Positions 1 through 9,158 of a DNA stretch of 64,000 bases are shown in pieces. Numbering within the stretch: position 1 is the first letter of the stretch; every line of letters starts with the position of its first letter. This DNA comes from Nitrospira sp. UBA2082. Lineage in GTDB: Bacteria > Nitrospirota > Nitrospiria > Nitrospirales > Nitrospiraceae. Location of the stretch: the NCBI GenBank assembly GCA_002331335.1, contig DCZO01000014.1, positions 277,088-341,087 of the forward strand, given 5' to 3'. The notes below the pieces were generated by a model. The model ran no database searches. It worked only from the letters and a program-made list of their open reading frames with translations, and was not told the DNA's origin. Made by a program: the position numbers and the translations under genes.

Positions 1-833
1 ATGTTGACGGGCACGGGCTCGCGTCCCCCCACCCGATCGACCTCCCGTTCCTGCAAGACCCGCAACAGCTTCGCCTGGAGTCCCAGCGTCATCTCTCCGA
101 TTTCATCCAGCAGCAGCGTGCCGGTGTGAGCCATCTCAAATTTGCCGATTTTCCTGACCAGGGCTCCGGTGAACGCGCCTCGTTCGTGGCCGAACAGTTC
201 GCTCTCGAGCAGCCCGTCCGGCAATGCCGCACAATTCACGGCGATAAACGGCCGGTGCGCGCGGGGACTGCGGCGATGGATGAACCGGGCCAGCAGTTCC
301 TTGCCGGTGCCGCTCTCTCCGGTAATCAGCACCGTCGCATGGCTGGCGGCGATGCTTTCGCTCGTGCTCAAGAGCTGTGCCATACCGGGATCCTGGGTGA
401 GAATCGGACGCGGTTCCGGCGAGCCGGTCAACGAACCGGCTCTCCCCCCACTGTCCCGCCCTTCCCTGAGATTGGTGATGACCCGCTCCAACAAATCCAT
501 TGAGAACGGTTTCAGCAGATAGTCGCTCGCGCCCTGTTTCATGGCTTCGACGGCCGTCTCGACCGTCCCATACGCCGTCATGAGCACGATCGTCGTCCGA
601 GGCGCACGCCGCTTCATTTCCTTGATCACCTCAAGACCGTTCATGCGCGGCATCTTGAGATCCGTCAGGACCAGCCACGGCTGGAACTGTCCGACATGCT
701 CCAGTGCCTCCGAACCATCCGCGAATCCCTCCGCGACATAGCCGAGGCGCCGCACGGACTCCACAAGGGCGACCCTCATGGAGTGATCGTCATCGACGAT
801 CATGATTCGTTCGGTGGCGTCGGCACTATTCAT
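1..833 (-). CDS. Sigma-54-dependent response regulator (FleR/FlrC-like); runs off the window start
   Basis: Manual translation: [23 protein letters not shown] (receiver domain), then [15 protein letters not shown] and LLLDEIGEM...[11 protein letters not shown] (AAA+ sigma-54 interaction domain); directly downstream of the kinase. Confidence 0.9.
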   Translation of the reverse strand, partial: MNSADATERIMIVDDDHSMRVALVESVRRLGYVAEGFADGSEALEHVGQFQPWLVLTDLKMPRMNGLEVIKEMKRRAPRTTIVLMTAYGTVETAVEAMKQGASDYLLKPFSMDLLERVITNLREGRDSGGRAGSLTGSPEPRPILTQDPGMAQLLSTSESIAASHATVLITGESGTGKELLARFIHRRSPRAHRPFIAVNCAALPDGLLESELFGHERGAFTGALVRKIGKFEMAHTGTLLLDEIGEMTLGLQAKLLRVLQEREVDRVGGREPVPVN

Positions 834-855
834 CTCACTGCCGCCTCTCTCGCGT

Positions 856-2151
856 TCATCCATGGGACCGCTCCTCCACAAGCATCACACAGGCGGATTC
901 TTCTTCGACTCTTTGATCGTGGCGCGGCGCAGCCGCCCCCTCTGCGGCCAAGAGCCCCACCGGGACGGGATACGGCAGCACAATCACAAACGAGGCGCCC
1001 TGGCCCACAGCGCCTTCGACATCGATGCGCCCATGATGGGCCTCGACAATCGCGTACACAATCGCAAGACCAAGACCGGTCCCTTCTTCCTTTGTGGTAA
1101 AGAACGGATCGAAGAGCCGCGAGCGGTGTGCCGGATCGATGCCGGTCCCGGAGTCACGGACCGTCAGACGTACTGCAGGCCCGCCCAGCGTCCGCGCCTC
1201 ATCATGTTCGAGTCGAATGGTCAGCACTCCTCCGGACGGCATCGCCTGCACCCCGTTGACGATCAGATTCAACAGGACCTGCTTCATTTGCCCTTCATGA
1301 CACCAGATCGAAGAAATACCCGGATCAAGGTCCAGTCGGATATCCACAGGCACTCGGCTGATGGCATGGGCGGCCAGACTGAGTGAGTCGAGAATCAGCG
1401 ACTCCGCCGGGTGCCAACCGTGCGGCGTCCGCACCGGATTGGTATAGACCAAGAGATTCGCGAGCAACCCATCCATCGCGCGCACGGCCTGGGAAATCTG
1501 TTCGGCATAGAGCGATCCAGGAGCGCTCTCGCCCAGTTCCCGGCGCAGCAACGAGGCAAAGAGCTCGATGCTCCCCAGTGGATTTCTGATCTCATGGGCG
1601 ATCCGGCCGATCATTTCCCCCATCGCCGCCAGCCGATCCCTGCGCTGCAACTGTTCTTCAAGGTGATACACGCGGGTCATGTCCTGGATCAGCAGCAGGC
1701 TGCCGGGCCAACAACCGGACTGCGTCTGTAAGGGAGCGCGGGTGATCGCGACCACCGACTGGCCGATCCGCTGCGGACGATCACAGAGGCTGAGTCCGAC
1801 CAGGTCCAACACCTCGGTGACGCGCCGGCCACACAGCTCGGTCGCGGCAATGCCCAGCACATGGGCTGCCGGCGCGTTGCTGCGGACGATCACGCCGCCG
1901 TTGTCCAGAACCAACACCCCGGTCGACAACGATTCCAGGATGCCGTCGAGGTGGGAGCGCATCGCTTCGTTATCAGCCAGTTGGCGCCGCAAGGCATCAT
2001 TACTGTGCGCCAACTCCAGATCCATCTGCTCCACCCGGGCCGTGAGTGCGCAATATGACTGCTGGAGCGTCTGGGCCGCCTGGTCGAAACTGTGAAACGC
2101 GGCCTGAAGCACGTCCCGTTCTTCGGCAGACTGTAGTGCGGTGACTGTCAT
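856..2151 (-). CDS. PAS-domain sensor histidine kinase (FleS/FlrB-like)
   Basis: H-box [10 protein letters not shown]-box [11 protein letters not shown]-boxes DSGTGI/GTGLGL, PAS segment, N-terminal coiled coil, no TM helix. Confidence 0.9.
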   Translation of the reverse strand: MTVTALQSAEERDVLQAAFHSFDQAAQTLQQSYCALTARVEQMDLELAHSNDALRRQLADNEAMRSHLDGILESLSTGVLVLDNGGVIVRSNAPAAHVLGIAATELCGRRVTEVLDLVGLSLCDRPQRIGQSVVAITRAPLQTQSGCWPGSLLLIQDMTRVYHLEEQLQRRDRLAAMGEMIGRIAHEIRNPLGSIELFASLLRRELGESAPGSLYAEQISQAVRAMDGLLANLLVYTNPVRTPHGWHPAESLILDSLSLAAHAISRVPVDIRLDLDPGISSIWCHEGQMKQVLLNLIVNGVQAMPSGGVLTIRLEHDEARTLGGPAVRLTVRDSGTGIDPAHRSRLFDPFFTTKEEGTGLGLAIVYAIVEAHHGRIDVEGAVGQGASFVIVLPYPVPVGLLAAEGAAAPRHDQRVEEESACVMLVEERSHG

Positions 2152-4334
2152 AGTTCCTCCTCTTCCACTGAGCGACGCGCGGTCCGCAGACTCCCCTTGA
2201 GTGCCGTGGCTACGCGCATGATAAGCGGGTCGTCCGATTCACCGACTTCGGCCAACGCCACCGTGGCGCGGTCGTATTGTTTCAACGCAAACCAATGTTT
2301 GGCGGTTTGTAGATGAATCCACTCCACGTGGTGCGTCGCGGGTTTGTGCTCCAAGACATCAAGATACGCGGCAATGGCCTGCTGATGCCGATCCAGCCTC
2401 GAGAGCGTGTCGGCATAGGCCAAGAGCGTCTCCACCGATCGGCCGGCTCCCGCTTTGATCGCTTCCTCGTAGGCCAGTGCCGACTCACGCGGTTTTTCGA
2501 GCTGTCCGAGCGTCTCGGCTAATTGGAGATACATGAACGGCCGCTCGCCATGCGCGGGATGAAGGACCAGCCATTGGCGGCACAACTGCAGCAATCCCTG
2601 GAGATCCTGTTGCCGCCTCATCGCGGCGACCAGCAGATGCAGGGCCTCCGACTCATACCGGCCGGGTTGAAATTGAAATCGGTATCGTTCAAACACTTTT
2701 CGGGCCGCCGTCCCGTCTTGTTGATCCAAGTAGGTCTTGCCCAATCCGAGTAACGCCTGCTCAATCAGCGCCGGGTCTTTTTCCTTGACGGCCTGCTGAT
2801 AGAGGCGTACGGCTTCCAGAACAAACCCTAATCGTCGATGGGCTTCGGCAATCTCGAGCAACGACGGTGAATGCGCGTAGAATTGCCCCCCGTTCGGCCC
2901 ATGCCGGTGAAAAAGACTCACGACCGTCAGGTCGTCCTGCGACTGCAACGCCGCCTCGATCCAGGGTTTCACGAGCGCCGAGAGCCGTTCCGACGCCTTC
3001 ATGGGCCACGGATCACCCGCGCTCCCGCCGCGAAGCGCGGCCTCATGATAGGTGCGCACGGTCCGGTCCGTATCGTTGCCCTTCTCGTAGTACTGGCCGA
3101 GGCGAAACAACGCCTCGCTTCCCAGCGGATTATCCGCTTGTCGATTTGCAACATCCCGCAGCATGGCGTGATACAGGGCGCCGGTTTGATCCGGCACCGG
3201 CACATTGCGCATCATGGCATTCACCGTCAGCCGGACCCAATTTTCACCTGCCGGCGCCATGCGCTCCGCACGGAGCGACGCCATCCGCATGTTCGCCGCC
3301 GTCTCCTGGGGCGTTTGGGGGTACAGCATCGGAATCAGGGCATAGAAGAATTCCGCCTTGGCCGGGTTGGACATCGCCGCCGCATTATCCGCGACATAGA
3401 GCAGCGCCGTCGGCGCGTCGGCGTGCCGAGGATAGAGGTTATAAAACAGCACCATGAGATCCTGCGCCGCCGTCTCACGATGGAGCGCGGCCAGCGTCAC
3501 GGCATACCGGCGAACCGCCACAGGCTCGAGCCGGAAGGCCTCAGGCCACCGCCGATAGCCGAACTCGTAGAAGGCGTGTGCCTCGGAGACCCGCTGCTGT
3601 CTGAAGAGCGCATGCGCAAGGCCCATATTCCCGTAGCGAAGCAACGGATCGTGATCGCTCCGTTTCCGTAGATTCACGAACGCGTGTTCCGCATCGCTCC
3701 AACGGCGCATCGCCAGATACGTGTAGCCCAACCCCAGCAAGGCCCGACTGCCGTCGAACGGGAACTGGAGTGAATGAGCCATCGCCCGCTCGTAGGTCGC
3801 TTGCGCTTCCTGCAACCAGCCTTGTTCGAGGTAGAGATCGCCGATGCGCCACTCGGCGCGCCGAGCGTTCGACGATTGAGGATGGTCACGGAGCAGTTTC
3901 TTGTAGGCGTGAATCGCCTCCTGGCGATTTGGCCCGGCCCCATCCTGTTGCAGGAGAATTTCCGCGAGAAACGCCTGCGCGGACGAAGCAGCCGCACTCT
4001 CCGGATGTTTTGTCACAATCGTTTCAAAAAACCGGCCCGCCTCCGACCACTTTCGCTTCTTGTAGGCGGCATAGCCTTCTTGCCATGCGAGCTCGGCGAT
4101 TCCCCGTCCCTGCGCATGGGTGCCCTCTTCCGAACGCGGTCCATCATCAGGCAACGGAGGGATTATTTCAGGCGGGTCCTGAACCGGTGGTCTCTCTGCC
4201 TGTTGCAGGGACGGCGTGGGAGACTGCTTCGTCACGGCGTGGACAGACGCTTCCCCTCGAGCGTGGGAAGCCCCGGCCATCACAATGGCCACGGCCCAGA
4301 GCAACCGGCAGTATGGCGAGCGAAGAAATCGCAT
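2148..4334 (-). CDS. Exported tetratricopeptide-repeat protein
   Basis: N-terminal signal-like stretch and many TPR-type helical repeats (e.g. ALLGLGYTY, ALFRLGQYY, ALLGLGKTY); 4-bp overlap with the kinase. Confidence 0.8.
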   Translation of the reverse strand: MRFLRSPYCRLLWAVAIVMAGASHARGEASVHAVTKQSPTPSLQQAERPPVQDPPEIIPPLPDDGPRSEEGTHAQGRGIAELAWQEGYAAYKKRKWSEAGRFFETIVTKHPESAAASSAQAFLAEILLQQDGAGPNRQEAIHAYKKLLRDHPQSSNARRAEWRIGDLYLEQGWLQEAQATYERAMAHSLQFPFDGSRALLGLGYTYLAMRRWSDAEHAFVNLRKRSDHDPLLRYGNMGLAHALFRQQRVSEAHAFYEFGYRRWPEAFRLEPVAVRRYAVTLAALHRETAAQDLMVLFYNLYPRHADAPTALLYVADNAAAMSNPAKAEFFYALIPMLYPQTPQETAANMRMASLRAERMAPAGENWVRLTVNAMMRNVPVPDQTGALYHAMLRDVANRQADNPLGSEALFRLGQYYEKGNDTDRTVRTYHEAALRGGSAGDPWPMKASERLSALVKPWIEAALQSQDDLTVVSLFHRHGPNGGQFYAHSPSLLEIAEAHRRLGFVLEAVRLYQQAVKEKDPALIEQALLGLGKTYLDQQDGTAARKVFERYRFQFQPGRYESEALHLLVAAMRRQQDLQGLLQLCRQWLVLHPAHGERPFMYLQLAETLGQLEKPRESALAYEEAIKAGAGRSVETLLAYADTLSRLDRHQQAIAAYLDVLEHKPATHHVEWIHLQTAKHWFALKQYDRATVALAEVGESDDPLIMRVATALKGSLRTARRSVEEEEL

Positions 4335-4348
4335 CGGCTGGATGCATC

Positions 4349-4364
4349 AGCAAAGACCGTGCCC
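4349..4364 (-). promoter_or_regulatory. Sigma-54 (-24/-12) promoter for TPR-kinase-regulator
   Basis: Minus strand GGGCACGGTCTTTGCT: GG-N10-GC spacing, close to the TGGCACG-N4-TTGC consensus. Confidence 0.65.
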
Positions 4365-4468
4365 TAGGACGCGCGAGGGAATACAGCGCTGATACTGGGG
4401 AAATACGGGGGTTTGATGCACACTCAAGGCAAGCACTGTCAGGATCGGCAACAGTACAGTGGGAAGAC

Positions 4469-4484
4469 CGTCAAGCGTTTGACG
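4469..4484. promoter_or_regulatory. Palindromic enhancer-like site (FleQ-box-like GTCA-N6-TGAC)
   Basis: CGTCAA-GCGT-TTGACG, about 105-120 bp upstream of the sigma-54 promoter. Confidence 0.5.
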
Positions 4485-4501
4485 AGAGAACGGAGAGGAA
4501 A

Positions 4502-5911
4502 TTAATGGGGGAGGCTCTGCGAGTGCGCCCGAGGATCCACACCCTTGCGTTTGAGTTTTTCGACCAGCGTCGTGCGGTTGAGGTGAAGCAACTGGGCCGC
4601 CCTTGTTGTGACCCCGTTGGCTTTGCGGAGCGCTTCAATGATGAGGTGCTGCTCGTATTGCTCGACTTCCCTGGACAGGTTGATCCCGTCTTCGCTGAAG
4701 CGGATGAACTGCTCGGGAAGCGCCGGAGCAGCCGATCTTCGCACAATTTTTTCCGGCAGATCGCCGGCCGTCACCACCCCCTGCTTCTTGAGGACAACCA
4801 ACCGCTCGATCATGTTTTCCAATTCCCGGATGTTGCCGGGCCACTCGTACTCCGACAAGAGCCGCAGCGCTTCCTGGTCAATGCCGGTGATCGCCGTGCG
4901 CTTGGCTTGATTGAACCGGGCCATGAAATGCTCGATCAGGAGTGGAATGTCGCTGCGGCGTTCCCGCAACGGAGGAATGACGATCGGAATCACGTTGAGC
5001 CGGTAGAACAGGTCGTGGCGAAACCGCTTCTCCTCGACGAGGTCTTCCAGATTCTGATTGGTCGCGGCCACAATGCGCACGTCCACGTGGATCGTCCGAT
5101 TTCCCCCCACCCGTTCGAAGGCTTTCTCCTGTAGCACACGGAGCAGCTTCACTTGGAGCGGCAAACTCATTTCGCCGATCTCGTCGAGAAAAATCGTTCC
5201 CCCGTTGGCCAATTCGAATCGGCCCATCCTGGCCTGCACCGCGCCGGTAAACGCGCCTTTCTCATGCCCGAACAGTTCCGATTCGAGCAAATTCTCCGGA
5301 ATCGCCCCGCAATTCACCGGCACGAGCGGGCGGTCCTTTCGGAGACTGTTGAAGTGAAGCATGCGGGCCACCAGTTCTTTGCCGGTGCCGCTCTCCCCCT
5401 GAATCATGACGGTGCTGTCGCTGTCGGCGACTTTCCGCACAAAATCCAGCACCTGGCGGATCGGCTCACTCGTCCCGACCAGATGCTCTAATCGATATTC
5501 ATCGCGAACGGCCTTGCGCAACAGGTGGTTCTCTTGACGTAACCGCTGGAATTCAACCGCTTTGCGGACGACAACGGCCACCGTCTCAGGGTCGAACGGT
5601 TTCGTAATGAAATCGAAGGCTCCGGCTTTCATGGCCCGCACGGCCATTTCGATCGACCCGAATCCGGTCATCATGATGGGAATGATGTTCGCGTCGAGCC
5701 CGGCCAGGCGTCCGATGATGGTGAGTCCGTCGGTATCGGGCAGTTGCAAGTCGACCACGACGATGTGGACTTGGGTCTCTTTCGCCGCTTGCAACCCCTG
5801 GGCACCGTCCACGGCAGTGGAGACCACGTACCCTTCTTCCCTCAACGTCTCCTGCACGACCTCACGAACGGCAGGATCGTCGTCGATGACGAGAACGTGC
5901 GTCTGACTCAT
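4502..5911 (-). CDS. Sigma-54-dependent response regulator (FleQ/NtrC-like)
   Basis: Receiver domain, [25 protein letters not shown]-terminal Fis-type HTH. Confidence 0.92.
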   Translation of the reverse strand: MSQTHVLVIDDDPAVREVVQETLREEGYVVSTAVDGAQGLQAAKETQVHIVVVDLQLPDTDGLTIIGRLAGLDANIIPIMMTGFGSIEMAVRAMKAGAFDFITKPFDPETVAVVVRKAVEFQRLRQENHLLRKAVRDEYRLEHLVGTSEPIRQVLDFVRKVADSDSTVMIQGESGTGKELVARMLHFNSLRKDRPLVPVNCGAIPENLLESELFGHEKGAFTGAVQARMGRFELANGGTIFLDEIGEMSLPLQVKLLRVLQEKAFERVGGNRTIHVDVRIVAATNQNLEDLVEEKRFRHDLFYRLNVIPIVIPPLRERRSDIPLLIEHFMARFNQAKRTAITGIDQEALRLLSEYEWPGNIRELENMIERLVVLKKQGVVTAGDLPEKIVRRSAAPALPEQFIRFSEDGINLSREVEQYEQHLIIEALRKANGVTTRAAQLLHLNRTTLVEKLKRKGVDPRAHSQSLPH

Positions 5912-6178
5912 CAGTGCGGACCTCGAAGGTGAATCGAACGGCTTGAGCCTATTCCAGCGAATCAGATTCGCCTGCGAAGGTCAGGCAGCCGTCTTAGGCA
6001 GGCGAACCGTCAGGCGTGCTGAGGATAATGAGAAGCGCCGGCCAATGCAAGCGAAACCCGCAGGGGGAAGGAGCCGCGCCATTTCTTGACAGGGTCTCCG
6101 GCCTATTGCTACTGTGCCGTCAGCGCATCGCAGGCGACACGACCTTTGTCATACACAAGCTGGCGCATGGGTGCGCAC

Positions 6179-6631
6179 ATGAACGAACGTCTGAATGAAC
6201 CAACTATGGTGGGACCAAACTGTATGTCATCCATAATATCCGGGCGCTGGAAACTCTGGTCGGTGGTGGCTTGCCTGATGAGTGCCACCGGAGTTTTGGT
6301 CACGGCACCTCTAGATGCGGCGTCAGCTCAAGAGCGCGCCGTCCCGAAGCAGGATGTCATCCTTGGCTCAGATGCACGGACTGGGAAGGACCTCTTTGAA
6401 AAACACTGCATACTGTGTCACGGACCACGTGGCAGAGGCGATGGTCTTGAGATTGCTGGAGCGAATGTGGCCGACTTATCTTCTGCCGAGACCCAACGCA
6501 AGCTGAATGTTGACTTGCTCAGAACCATTCACGACGGGCGCCCAGGAAAGGTGATGCCGGCGTGGAAATCGCGGCTTTCCGATAAGCAGTTACAGGATGT
6601 ACTGGCCTACGTTCGCACCCTGAAACAGTGA
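6179..6631 (+). CDS. Monoheme c-type cytochrome (start codon uncertain)
   Basis: CILCH heme-binding motif, distal ligand in GKVMPAW, signal-like N-terminus. Confidence 0.85.
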   Translation: MNERLNEPTMVGPNCMSSIISGRWKLWSVVACLMSATGVLVTAPLDAASAQERAVPKQDVILGSDARTGKDLFEKHCILCHGPRGRGDGLEIAGANVADLSSAETQRKLNVDLLRTIHDGRPGKVMPAWKSRLSDKQLQDVLAYVRTLKQ

Positions 6632-6823
6632 AGTGTCACCGCCCTGCAAGCAGACTCTGCTGCGACGAGCCGGGACCCGAAGACGACAATCTCACTACCT
6701 ACAGAATGAAGCACATCCAACGACAATCCCCGATCAGTAACAGTACAGTCCTGCCACAGTAACTCCTTCGACCTAGCCATGCAGCTCCCCGCCAAGAACA
6801 CCGTGAGAACACGCCCGGAACAC

Positions 6824-6852
6824 TTGACCCCAATGCCGATAGTCTGTAAAAG
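6824..6852 (+). promoter_or_regulatory. Putative sigma-70 promoter of tRNA-Thr
   Basis: TTGACC-17 bp-TAAAAG, 25 bp upstream of the tRNA. Confidence 0.5.
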
Positions 6853-6877
6853 TGTAACTCATTCAAATCATTAGGAA

Positions 6878-6953
6878 GCTGGCGTAGCTCAATCGGCAGA
6901 GCAGCGGTTTTGTAAACCGCAGGTTGGAGGTTCGATTCCTCTCGCCAGCTCCA
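6878..6953 (+). tRNA. tRNA-Thr(TGT)
   Basis: 76 nt; GCTGGCG/CGCCAGC acceptor stem, anticodon arm GCGGT-TTTGTAA-ACCGC, GGTTCGATTCC T-arm, CCA end. Confidence 0.97.
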
Positions 6954-7190
6954 AACAAAGCTTGCTCGACCCGGAGCCCTTACGATTGTTCCTGGCGACG
7001 GGATAAACCCCATCAGTGCTTCTCTTCGTGCCTACCGGCGGCTCATCAGGCGAAGCCTCTCCCCTATCACCGCCGGCGGATAAGTACCGCCTCTATTCTG
7101 TTTGTTGCTCGACCCGGAACCCCCTATCTCCAGCTTAACCTTGTGCCTCCTTTGCAACCCTCGTAGAATGAGGCTCTCTACGAGGCTCCT

Positions 7191-7256
7191 ATGGCCTTCA
7201 CGATTCGCCCCTTCTTCCGCTTCCTCTTACAATGCACTGGGACGAGCAACTCTGGC
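7191..7256 (+). pseudogene. N-terminal remnant of a small PilZ-like protein
   Basis: MAFTIRPFFRFLLQCTGTSNSG resembles, from memory, the MPYSIRPYRRFPVQCSVTYNAG start of Nitrospira PilZ-like proteins; similarity stops after about 22 codons. Confidence 0.45.
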
Positions 7257-7337
7257 ACAGGCATCAAACGACCGCGTTCGACCAAAAACAGCCATTCGCA
7301 GTGTAGATTTGCGGTCCATTTACAGCGAGGTGTCGCG

Positions 7338-8000
7338 TTGGCGCTAACGAGGAAACCACCGCGCCTATTTCGCCGCGTATGCCTTGCGACGGCGTTGCTG
7401 GCGATAGCCGCCGTGGCTCAGCCGATTCACACGGCAGGCGAAGGTCAGACGAAGTTCCAGCGCATATCGACGCAATTCATCGCGGCGTTGGGCAATCCAG
7501 GTGCGACCTCCGGAAGCGGTGCGCAATTGTGGGGTCTTTGGCCTCTCGACCCGGGTCCTCGGGGCGTGGAGTTGAACAGTTATAAACGGTTAAAGGATGC
7601 CGGTGGCATCGCCCCGGCGCGTTGGAAATTCGACAGCACAGACTGGTGGCTGGAGGAACACGGATTGATCATGGAGCCACCGGCCTTTCCGCTCCCTTCC
7701 GGCAAATACATGGTCACGGGTGCCCGCGACCTGACGGCTGTGTTGACCATTCATCCTGCCGACAGAAATGGTGACAGGCGCTGGGAACTCGATAAAGGCG
7801 CGACGCTCTACGACGTGACGCACCTGGCCTGCCGCGCCGCACGCTATACACCGGCGGCGGTTGGGGGTTCGTGCTCGCCGGCAAACGCGCAGAAGACTGC
7901 GTTTCCAGTTCCGCCAGGGGGAGTGATGCCTCCGGTCGAAGGCTGTACGAAGCAGGACTATGCGGTTCTGATCGTGATCGGCGTGGGCGTGGATGACTGA
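7338..8000 (+). CDS. Exported hypothetical protein
   Basis: TTG start 6 nt after GAGGT, signal peptide (CLATALLAIAAVAQP), Trp/Pro/Gly-rich globular domain; the ORF-track start at 7191 probably over-extends. Confidence 0.7.
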   Translation: MALTRKPPRLFRRVCLATALLAIAAVAQPIHTAGEGQTKFQRISTQFIAALGNPGATSGSGAQLWGLWPLDPGPRGVELNSYKRLKDAGGIAPARWKFDSTDWWLEEHGLIMEPPAFPLPSGKYMVTGARDLTAVLTIHPADRNGDRRWELDKGATLYDVTHLACRAARYTPAAVGGSCSPANAQKTAFPVPPGGVMPPVEGCTKQDYAVLIVIGVGVDD

Positions 8001-8068
8001 ACCTCGGCCTGGCCCCGACGAATTGCGCGGCGAGCCCAGTATGGAAACGGCACGGTGGTGTCCAACGG

Positions 8069-8203
8069 ATGAGCACTGACCGCCTCAAGCGTGACAGTAT
8101 GTCACTCGAAGAAGCGACGATCTCGAATATGTGGGAGATCGCCAGGATTGTAGAAATCTTGGAGCTCAGGGGCCTCTGTAACAATCAAGACCTTTTCAGC
8201 TGA
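8069..8203 (+). pseudogene. Truncated copy of a Nitrospira-type hypothetical family (MSLEEATISNMWEIA...)
   Basis: Translates to MSTDRLKRDSMSLEEATISNMWEIARIVEILELRGLCNNQDLFS*; family recalled as much longer. Confidence 0.5.
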
Positions 8204-8215
8204 ACTTTTAAACCC

Positions 8216-8314
8216 ATGCCTGATTGGGTAATTGTAGTTCTATTTTTAGCAGGGTTAACCCTCGTATTTGCCTACTCGGGGGTTCTACCCCGTTTTCACG
8301 GACAGTGTGGTTAA
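8216..8314 (+). CDS. Putative 32-aa single-TM peptide
   Basis: MPDWVIVVLFLAGLTLVFAYSGVLPRFHGQCG*; no clear RBS. Confidence 0.35.
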   Translation: MPDWVIVVLFLAGLTLVFAYSGVLPRFHGQCG

Positions 8315-8388
8315 AAATAGCCCCCTGTTGACGCACAGGCGACGGATGCGCAAGGGTTTGGGATAGGTGCGGTCACTTCCACCAGCAC

Positions 8389-8426
8389 AAAAAGAAAAGG
8401 GCTACGTCAGCAAAGACGTAACCCCT
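8389..8426 (-). terminator. Rho-independent terminator
   Basis: Minus strand GGGGTTACGTC-tttgct-GACGTAGCCC followed by TTTTCTTTTT. Confidence 0.65.
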
Positions 8427-8559
8427 CATTCACACGTGTATACGTAAGTCTAATTGTCCCAGCGCTTCAGCCCACACTCCACGCAATTGGCCGCCGGAGA
8501 CACACCACCCGTGCTCTTGTCGTCCTGCGCCACGCCGACTCTTCGTCGCCGGAACTTAC

Positions 8560-8925
8560 TTATCCGCCGGATGCCGGTCCTACGAACTGCAACCGCTTTT
8601 CACCCGTGAGATTTTCCGGTTGCACAATGTAATCGCCGGTCATCGAAGGAACCCAGACGCCCTTCGCGGGTTCTATGTTTCCACCCGTGGCCACCCACGC
8701 GAGGCCCCCGACCATGCCGCCGCTCAAGGCATAGGCTGATTTCACGGCGCCATAGGGAACCGTGAGCAACCAACTGGCGGCTTGAATGCCCACCCCCTGC
8801 GGGCTGACTGTCGACTGTTCCTCGGCACTCGCAGGATTCGCAACCACGGCCATCCCCAAGCTGAGTACCGCTCCGATCAAGATCGTTCTTCCGCCACGCC
8901 GAATTTCCTGCCGGTTCCCAGTCAT
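8560..8925 (-). CDS. Exported/membrane hypothetical protein
   Basis: RBS AAGGAGG, extended -10 TGCTATAAT at 8968-8976, signal peptide and Gly-rich hydrophobic helices. Confidence 0.75.
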   Translation of the reverse strand: MTGNRQEIRRGGRTILIGAVLSLGMAVVANPASAEEQSTVSPQGVGIQAASWLLTVPYGAVKSAYALSGGMVGGLAWVATGGNIEPAKGVWVPSMTGDYIVQPENLTGEKRLQFVGPASGG

Positions 8926-9080
8926 GTTGTGCCCTCCTTGTTAAGATTCACAGGACGCGAGGCGCGCATTATAGCACTCGACCAATATCGGAGGGCAACC
9001 CTGACAACCTGCCTCATTGCACTCCGGAGATGCCACAAAATCCCCTGGAGTGTTCCCGCGCATGTGCGCCCAACAAGCAC

Positions 9081-9112
9081 AAAAGGCCGCGTCTATTACT
9101 GACGCGGCCTTT
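9081..9112. terminator. Terminator hairpin downstream of the GlrR-like gene
   Basis: AAAGGCCGCGTC-tattact-GACGCGGCCTTT, perfect 12-bp stem with A/T tails. Confidence 0.75.
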
Positions 9113-9158
9113 CTCGATGGGGCCAGCCTCAAACCGAGCGGTACCGGAACCGTGAACG

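Noticed and set aside
3770-5134. 454-aa plus-strand ORF
   Set aside because: Shadow of the TPR and FleQ-like genes; Arg/Pro-rich with no domain.
6160-6175. TGGCGCATGGGTGCG as a sigma-54 promoter for cytochrome c
   Set aside because: GG-N9-GC spacing; sigma-54 requires N10.
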